DNA of 32,000 bases from Thermofilum adornatum (GTDB lineage: Archaea > Thermoproteota > Thermoprotei > Thermofilales > Thermofilaceae). A program made the position numbers and the translations under genes. Under the pieces are notes generated by a model that saw only the letters and a list, made by a program, of their open reading frames with translations, was not told the DNA's origin and did not search any database. Location: contig NC_022093.1 in the NCBI RefSeq assembly GCF_000446015.1, positions 1,020,001-1,052,000 of the forward strand, written 5' to 3'. This document shows positions 26,650 through 32,000 of the stretch, piece by piece (position 1 is the stretch's first letter; each line of letters opens with the position of its first letter).

Positions 26650-27126
26650 TCAACGTCTATTTTTCAGAGAGCCAAGGATTTCTCCCCTAAAAGCGTAGAG
26701 TGTAATAAGCCCTACAACTTGCCCCATATCCAACACATAGGGGCTGTTATCCCCTACAAAGTAGAACAACGGATAGAGCCTAACAGGTATAACCATATTG
26801 ATGCTCCACAAAAACCAGTAATGAAACACCATGAACGTTACTGCGCTCCCGAGGAAAAACATCTTCCAAGAGTAACGCTTTTCCGAGTAAATAAATCCAG
26901 AAACAATCCAAAGAAGGAGAGCGATGAGGGCCGCGCGCCAAAGCCTGTACCAGATAAAAGTTGACGGCACGATATATGCTGACAAATAGTTCTCGATTGG
27001 GATGAAGACAAATATAGACGAAATGATTCCAGGAGCTAGGATCGCCAACGTGTATACGTGTTCTTCATTTAAGTTTTCGCCAGCATCACGGCCAGTCATG
27101 TCGACCCTCTCATAATTTTCACTCAT
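26650..27126 (-). CDS. Polytopic membrane protein (about 4 TM), unknown function
   Basis: Four hydrophobic segments rich in W/F/Y. No recognisable motif. Confidence 0.5.
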   Translation of the reverse strand: MSENYERVDMTGRDAGENLNEEHVYTLAILAPGIISSIFVFIPIENYLSAYIVPSTFIWYRLWRAALIALLLWIVSGFIYSEKRYSWKMFFLGSAVTFMVFHYWFLWSINMVIPVRLYPLFYFVGDNSPYVLDMGQVVGLITLYAFRGEILGSLKNRR

Positions 27127-27148
27127 AAATTTAAGCCTAGCGTGTGCA

Positions 27149-27304
27149 TCAGTCTAAATACCTAGGCCGTTTTCTGAGCTCGGGCTTTATCCTGTCAAGC
27201 GTCCGGGGCGGGTCAAACACAAGCTCGACTTCTATGTCTATACCCTGCTTGTTTCTCTCAAATTTGAAAAAAGAATATCTGCATTTCGCATTCATATCAA
27301 CCAT
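27149..27304 (-). pseudogene. C-terminal fragment of a second DUF59/MIP18 gene (paralogue of 23678..23983)
   Basis: The minus-strand frame reads MVDMNAKCRYSFFKFERNKQGIDIEVELVFDPPRTLDRIKPELRKRPRYLD*. It aligns with ..CPMSYFLVELVRDTIKEKIPEVEDVEVELVFDPPWTPDRMKPEVRKLLGL*. Nt 27170-27242 are ~83% identical by eye to 23693-23765. The N-terminal half of the domain is missing. Confidence 0.6.
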
Positions 27305-27522
27305 GTTCTTAATGTATCGGCATTGTCGACACGAAGCGGCAATGCCATGATTCTAAGTGCTACTGTAAGGCGGGCGTATTATGAGTTAATGTGCCGCTGT
27401 AAGCAATGCTACGTGCCGATAATCTGTCGCTCTGACCATGAGACACAGCTCTTTCTGCTGAGGAGCTTTTATATGCAAAAGAGATGTGCATGTGACATAT
27501 AGAGTCCCACACATAGCGATAG

Positions 27523-27535
27523 ATATATATATATA
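27523..27535 (+). promoter_or_regulatory. (AT)6 microsatellite positioned as the TATA box of the 459-aa gene
   Basis: ATATATATATATA is centred ~28 nt upstream of the ATG at 27557. Confidence 0.4.
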
Positions 27536-27556
27536 CAAGTTTTTCAGATTATAGAC

Positions 27557-28936
27557 ATGATAGAAATGCAGAAGTGGAAAAAGGTGATTATAGCCTCTAT
27601 AGTTTTACTCCTATTCTTGTCCCTTGTCCCAAGCTTTCTTCTCTCTAAGAACAGTGCTGGCAGTGGCGGAGAGACAGGTGTACTTGGGCAAACGGCCCCT
27701 CTTATTGTCGACTTGAGGGTTGCTGTTATTAGTAGTGATTCTGGCTTTGTGGAGGGTGTTAGGTCTGCTTTTGTGGCGAGGGACTTTAGTGTTGTGCCTG
27801 TGTCCCGTGCCTGGGAGGCCGTTGGAAAAGACCTAGTAGTTGTCGGATGGGACGCTTTGGGCGAGCTGTCCAGGGATCCGGGGCTCGTCGTAGCACTGGT
27901 CAATGGCTCCAGGCTTCTGGCCGTGGCCGAGCCGGGCATCGACGCCCTCAGAGTACTCTTCTCTGGCATAGTCAAGCCAGTAAGGCTCGGCGAAAAGGAT
28001 GAGCCAAGCGACCCCTTCGCCTTCCTACCAATGGTCGAGGAAAACGGCTACCTATACCCAGGCTGCGGCCACAACATGGTTCTCGTGAGGGGTATATCAA
28101 CAAAGGGAGGAAAACTAGCCATGGAGTACACCGTCACCACACTGAAAGCAAAAAGCGACCTGCCAAAAATCGCCCCACTACTCGTCAAAAAATCCCTAGA
28201 AAAACAGCAACAACAGCAAACAAGGCTAGAAAACAGAGCAGGCACATGGAGACCTATGCTCTACGTATCACCAACATGGGTGTACATAGGATCATATTTT
28301 AGCGATGTGATCACCTTTTCTGGTAAGAATGGGGTTACCGCCGGTGAAACAGACTTCGGGGTCGTGGCCGGATGGGGCCAGGACACCTATGACCCGTCCT
28401 ACGGCACGTACTTGTGGGAGATCATGCTCTACTACCACGGGGAGCGCGGCTTAAATGGTTACAGCCCGCCAGTAAAAATAGCTGGATTGTGGAATATTGA
28501 GCCGAATGCCGCAATACTGGATGCACGGACAGATACATATAGTGACCAGAGAGTCACCTATATATCTCCAACTGGACAGGGAAACGATGGGCAGGTCACT
28601 ATTACCTTCTCGTACCCGCCGGGTCTCAGCTTTACCCAGGATATTAACCCGCAGGTGACTTGGGAAACGAATTACAATTCATATTATAGTGCCAAATATG
28701 GTGGATATGTGAAGTGGCAGGCTATATGGAAGTGGGGCTTGACGAGCTATAGTAGTAATCAATACTATGCAATGGCAGGCCTGGTATGGATGGAATCTGT
28801 AAATCCCCTGTTTTTCAAGGTAATAATTAAGGCAAATGCTTATCTAGCCACTAGAGGTATTGCAGATATTGCAAGCTCTGGGGAACAGGTGTTCTACTTC
28901 AGAGCCGACACATCTATTCTGCAACGGACAGGATAA
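27557..28936 (+). CDS. Orphan secreted/membrane-anchored protein: N-terminal signal-anchor, G+C-rich alpha/beta-looking half, poly-Q linker, W/Y-rich C-terminal half
   Basis: N-terminal KKVIIASIVLLLFLSLVPSFLL hydrophobic segment, QQQQQ at nt ~28206-28220, and an aromatic-rich C-terminus. I recognise no family. Confidence 0.7.
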   Translation: MIEMQKWKKVIIASIVLLLFLSLVPSFLLSKNSAGSGGETGVLGQTAPLIVDLRVAVISSDSGFVEGVRSAFVARDFSVVPVSRAWEAVGKDLVVVGWDALGELSRDPGLVVALVNGSRLLAVAEPGIDALRVLFSGIVKPVRLGEKDEPSDPFAFLPMVEENGYLYPGCGHNMVLVRGISTKGGKLAMEYTVTTLKAKSDLPKIAPLLVKKSLEKQQQQQTRLENRAGTWRPMLYVSPTWVYIGSYFSDVITFSGKNGVTAGETDFGVVAGWGQDTYDPSYGTYLWEIMLYYHGERGLNGYSPPVKIAGLWNIEPNAAILDARTDTYSDQRVTYISPTGQGNDGQVTITFSYPPGLSFTQDINPQVTWETNYNSYYSAKYGGYVKWQAIWKWGLTSYSSNQYYAMAGLVWMESVNPLFFKVIIKANAYLATRGIADIASSGEQVFYFRADTSILQRTG

Positions 28937-29104
28937 GAGGTCTATAGGTACGCGGACAAGGTTGTGGCGCTTAAGGGTGGACGGGTCTATGCTATGGGTA
29001 GGTCGGAGGAGGTTCCTACGGAGGACAACTTGCAAAAGATCTATGGGGTAAAGGTTAAGGTTTTTCAGGAATATAGAGCCGTTGTTCTGGACAATTTTCT
29101 ATAG
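28937..29104 (+). pseudogene. C-terminal ~55-codon remnant of a FepC/FecE-type ABC transporter ATPase
   Basis: The frame reads EVYRYADKVVALKGGRVYAMGRSEEVPTEDNLQKIYGVKVKVFQEYRAVVLDNFL*. This is the characteristic tail that follows the H-loop in iron/cobalamin-type ABC ATPases. There are no Walker A/B or signature motifs upstream. It begins directly after, and in frame with, the TAA of the 459-aa gene. Confidence 0.55.
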
Positions 29105-29283
29105 TGTTTCTGTTTTACCAGGATTTACATACGGGATTTTTATGTGTTTCTGGGGCAGAGCGTGTGTCTTATATATTATTTTCACTAAGGAAATGATTGG
29201 CGATATATATACCACCTTCGTTTATTATATAATTGAACAACCATGGATAAATCATTACAAAAAATTTCCAAAAAATCGTAGCA

Positions 29284-29734
29284 ATGTTGACTTTTGCTGT
29301 CATTATTTCTTTTCTATCAATGGTGGGTGCGCAAAATTCTACTGAGCATGCCACTATTTTGGAAGTCTACAATTTGCTTGGGATAAAGGTAGCTACCGCT
29401 CAGACTGACCAGGAAGTGGTTTTCGATTTTAACCTGTCGAGCGCGCGCTTGGGATACAGACATCAATTATTATTACAGCGCCAAATACGGTGTAAGCGTG
29501 GCGAAGCAGGCTATATGGAAATGGGACTTAACAAGCTTCAGCTCAAACCAATTTTATCAAATGGGAGGCTTAGCATGGATGGATGCTGTGAGCTACCCAG
29601 ACTTTGCAGTAATAATGAAAGCGAATACCTACAGCTCTTATGAGAATGATTACATTGAGACTGCAACCTCTGGACAACATGTGTTCTATTTCTGGGCAAC
29701 CACATCTAATCTATACTTGCAATCATCCTCGTAA
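29284..29734 (+). pseudogene. Frameshifted small secreted paralogue (signal peptide plus the W/Y-rich domain shared with 27557..28936)
   Basis: Frame 1 (29284-) gives the Sec-type signal MLTFAVIISFLSMVGA-QN.. and DQEVVFDFNLSSA. Frame 2 (from ~29441 to the stop at 29732-29734) gives AWDTDINYYYSAKYGVSVAKQAIWKWDLTSFSSNQFYQMGGLAWMD..GQHVFYFWATTS. This is ~50% identical by eye to residues ~346-459 of the 459-aa protein. The frames switch at GCGCGCGC (29441-29448). Confidence 0.6.
29441..29448. repeat. (GC)4 dinucleotide tract at the frameshift point
   Basis: GCGCGCGC. Inserting one more GC unit joins the two reading frames into a ~150-codon ORF (..NLSSARAWDTDINYYYSAKYG..). Confidence 0.8.
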
Positions 29735-29922
29735 ATATTAATTTGTCTAATATTAAAGTTAAGTATATATTTTTGTAAATATTTTTAAATTTTCAATTAT
29801 ATGTGCTAGTACTAGGAATTAAGGCAGAGCCACCAAGACGAATCAAGTTGCTCAGCTTCCTACCCGCACCCTCCGGAGCAAAACCTATAAACACATAACC
29901 CTGCGATAAGGCGGGGTAACAA

Positions 29923-31095
29923 ATGGCGAGTGCACTGTGGCATATGAGCATAAATGAGGAGATATTGTACAGCCTGATAGCTGTCGTGTCTTTTACCGCT
30001 TTACTCTACGTCATTGCATTCTTGCTCGCTAAAAAGAAGCGTTTCCAAAGCATAGAGATAGATGTTGAAGGAGGCGCAATTCTAGTCAAGACGACTAAAC
30101 TTAATGAGTTTATCGAGAACTTCGGAAAAAGACATGCAAGACTATTCAAGGTTCTTGGAAACATTGCAATATTGTCTTCTATCCCGATGGCCGCTTACGG
30201 CATATACTTTTTCCACATGAATCTACAGCTCTGGAAAGTTGCCCCCTCAACTGCTAGCCCCGTAGCCCCTATCCTGCCAGGAATCACGGTGGGCTTAGAC
30301 GAGCTTCCATATTTCCTCCTAGCCATAGCAATAACACTCATACCACACGAATTGGCGCATGCCTTCCATGCCTCCAGCGAAGACATAAAAGTAAAGTCTG
30401 CAGGCGTATTCCTTTTCTTTATCCTTCCAGGCGGGTTCGCCGAGATAGACGAGGAGGAGCTTGCAAAGAAGCCTCTGGGGACACAGCTTAGAGTTTTCGC
30501 CGCTGGAAGCTTCGCCAACATTTTAACTTTTCTCGTGTTTTTAGGGGTATTTTCCTTGCTGTTCGCTTCGCCATTAGCGCCAAACCCGGCAGGCGTAAAA
30601 ATTGTGTATGTAAATTCCAGCTATCCTGCCTACGGTCATTTGACGCAGGGAGACATAATAATAGCGATAAACAATATACCTACTAATACTTTGGATGATT
30701 TTTCAAGGATTCTTGGCAACTTCAAGCCAAACGAAACAATTCATCTAACAATAATTAGGAACGGGAGACCTCTTAACCTTACCTTGACCCTAGACAAAAG
30801 TCCTTACAACAGCTCGAGAGGTTTTCTAGGCGTAACGATACAGCAAGCCTATACCAATGAGTGGATGTATAAATCGTCTTGGTGGCTTCTCGTGGTAACC
30901 TCAAGTGTAGCCATTATCAACGTGATGCCAATTTTTCCACTCGACGGCGGTAGAATGCTGATGGCAGCCCTCGAGAAAGTTTTGCCAAAAAACACTGCTA
31001 GGAATATATCTCTCGCGCTAAGCATCTACCTCGCAGGCATCCTGGTAGCAAACATATTATACTCCGCCGGATATTGGCTGCCTTTCAGGCCTTAA
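29923..31095 (+). CDS. Site-2 protease family (M50) intramembrane zinc metalloprotease with a PDZ domain
   Basis: HExxH in a TM helix (IPHELAHAF), a PDZ-like insert (GDIIIAINNIPTNTLDDFSRIL), and the NxxPxxxLDG motif (INVMPIFPLDGGRM). Confidence 0.85.
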   Translation: MASALWHMSINEEILYSLIAVVSFTALLYVIAFLLAKKKRFQSIEIDVEGGAILVKTTKLNEFIENFGKRHARLFKVLGNIAILSSIPMAAYGIYFFHMNLQLWKVAPSTASPVAPILPGITVGLDELPYFLLAIAITLIPHELAHAFHASSEDIKVKSAGVFLFFILPGGFAEIDEEELAKKPLGTQLRVFAAGSFANILTFLVFLGVFSLLFASPLAPNPAGVKIVYVNSSYPAYGHLTQGDIIIAINNIPTNTLDDFSRILGNFKPNETIHLTIIRNGRPLNLTLTLDKSPYNSSRGFLGVTIQQAYTNEWMYKSSWWLLVVTSSVAIINVMPIFPLDGGRMLMAALEKVLPKNTARNISLALSIYLAGILVANILYSAGYWLPFRP

Positions 31096-31796
31096 ATCGA
31101 GATTTCAGAGCCCTCTCCAGGTACCTCAAAATCTACCGGGAACCTATTGAGTTTCATCAACTTTCTCCTTGCCTCGAGGCTCACAGAGTGGAGCGGAAAA
31201 ATAAGCTCGACCCCCTTCTTAGAGAGTCTCTTCAAAAAGCCCAAATTATACATGTCCCTCGAGCTGACTCCAAGTCCCCCAACAACACCAAAAATTCTCA
31301 GGTTACTCGAGAATAGCCATCCAAAAGTCTCCTTGAATCCATGCACACTGCATCCAGCAAGGAGAATGTATCCCTTCTCAGTTGGTATCAGTAGTCCCTG
31401 CTCACCCCACGGAGAAGAAGTTTTCACAAGATAGAAGCCCGGCAGAAACCGTATCTCTTCGAGTCTTGTTCCGTCTTTATACCTTAACGGTAGGGGAGGC
31501 CTCAAGATTATGGTTCTCTCTGCATATTCATCTATACAGCCAATGTGATGAGATAAATGGATGGATCCTACAATAATATCTACGCGGGTATGTTCACCTA
31601 GAACCCCCACGTTATACTCCAAAATTTTCTTTGACGGGCCAGTATCGAAAAGTATCCTCTTCTTTTCTCTGTCAAGGGAAGCTTCGACCAGAATGGATAG
31701 GCCATGCGCTGGGACTACCCCCTCTACAGAGGGGATATCGTCTACTAAGACCTTAAGGGAGACTTCTCTTGGTACCTCTGGATTCTTTTCACTCAT
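31092..31796 (-). CDS. Metallo-beta-lactamase-fold protein (COG1237-like) with a degenerate metal-binding motif
   Basis: AHGLSILVE..ILFDTGPS resembles COG1237 MBL proteins. The expected SHxHxDH is SIHLSHHIGCID, lacking the Asp-His. Confidence 0.5.
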   Translation of the reverse strand: MSEKNPEVPREVSLKVLVDDIPSVEGVVPAHGLSILVEASLDREKKRILFDTGPSKKILEYNVGVLGEHTRVDIIVGSIHLSHHIGCIDEYAERTIILRPPLPLRYKDGTRLEEIRFLPGFYLVKTSSPWGEQGLLIPTEKGYILLAGCSVHGFKETFGWLFSSNLRIFGVVGGLGVSSRDMYNLGFLKRLSKKGVELIFPLHSVSLEARRKLMKLNRFPVDFEVPGEGSEISI

Positions 31797-31877
31797 CTAT
31801 ATGCCTTCTCTCCATCTATCTGCTAGTAAAAATATTTTTCAGCTCTGGCAATAAAATTTTGGATCTGAACCTTGGAG

Positions 31878-32000
31878 ATGCAGGACGAAGTGCTGAGAGA
31901 AATATCGATTGAGAATAGACATAAGGTAGTCTATGTTCACTTTGAGCCTCCACGAGAGCCCGCGCTCGGCGGCCCTGTTGAGAAGACAGTTTCTGACAGC
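31878..32000 (+). CDS. 5' end of an unidentified CDS running out of the window (MQDEVLREISIENRHKVVYVHFEPPREPALGGPVEKTVSDS..)
   Basis: The frame is open from the ATG at 31878 to the window edge. There is not enough sequence for a family call. Confidence 0.35.
   Translation, partial: MQDEVLREISIENRHKVVYVHFEPPREPALGGPVEKTVSDS

Noticed and set aside
27351-27500. Possible N-terminal or H-loop remainder of the truncated ABC ATPase left of the orphan gene (frame reading ..VPIICRSDHETQLFLLRSFY..)
   Set aside because: The resemblance to the ..VIMVSHDLNLA..RYA.. segment is too weak. It would also duplicate rather than complement the right-hand fragment. It cannot be supported without a formal search.
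27544-27975. A 143-aa minus-strand ORF (S/T/P/A-rich) opposite the 5' half of the 459-aa gene
   Set aside because: It is a typical open antisense frame in a G+C-rich stretch. The plus-strand gene has a signal-anchor, a well-placed TATA box and a paralogue supporting its frame.
28844-29051. 63-aa ORFs on both strands across the end of the orphan gene
   Set aside because: They are out of frame with the ABC-ATPase-like translation, which is the only frame with recognisable similarity. Their translations are arginine-rich nonsense.
29082-29345. An 87-aa plus-strand ORF (MFWTIFYSVSVLPGFTYGIF..) and a 61-aa antisense ORF at 29169-29354
   Set aside because: They lie in an A/T-rich spacer or promoter region and overlap the signal-peptide start of the paralogue in another frame. 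There is no motif and no upstream promoter geometry.

Overview
This is a dense, roughly 90% coding chromosomal segment of an archaeon. It is most consistent with a hyperthermophilic crenarchaeon of the Desulfurococcales type. Supporting signs are a short ERCC4-only XPF, Hjc, Dph2, archaeal-type TIM, Orc1/Cdc6, the P1 stalk protein, an intron-containing tRNA, and TATA boxes about 25-35 nt upstream of start codons (leaderless-style). All family calls come from motif recognition in the supplied translations; no database search was possible. I support about 33 intact CDS, 1 tRNA and 3 gene remnants. Most of the window is housekeeping: acetyl-CoA synthetase, mevalonate kinase, TrpB2, topoisomerase IA, endonuclease IV, Dph2, TIM, P1, Orc1/Cdc6, PdaD, XPF, Hjc, TIP49 and three intramembrane proteases. 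The items most worth a second look are these. (1) A translationally coupled four-gene operon, PhoH-KH ATPase / type IA topoisomerase / ASCH-HTH / DHH phosphoesterase (8566-13237), which looks like an undescribed nucleic-acid strand-passage and processing module, possibly acting on RNA. (2) A 2.7-kb scar or variable island (27127-29820). It holds a DUF59 gene fragment, an ABC-ATPase C-terminal remnant, an orphan 459-aa secreted protein, and a small paralogue of that protein's W/Y-rich C-terminal domain. The paralogue is split by a frameshift exactly at a (GC)4 tract, and one extra GC unit would restore it. (3) A divergent XPF / Hjc-TIP49 (RuvB-like) cluster. (4) An acetyl-CoA synthetase fused to four CBS domains. 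No CRISPR array, IS element, integrase or recognisable defence gene was seen.
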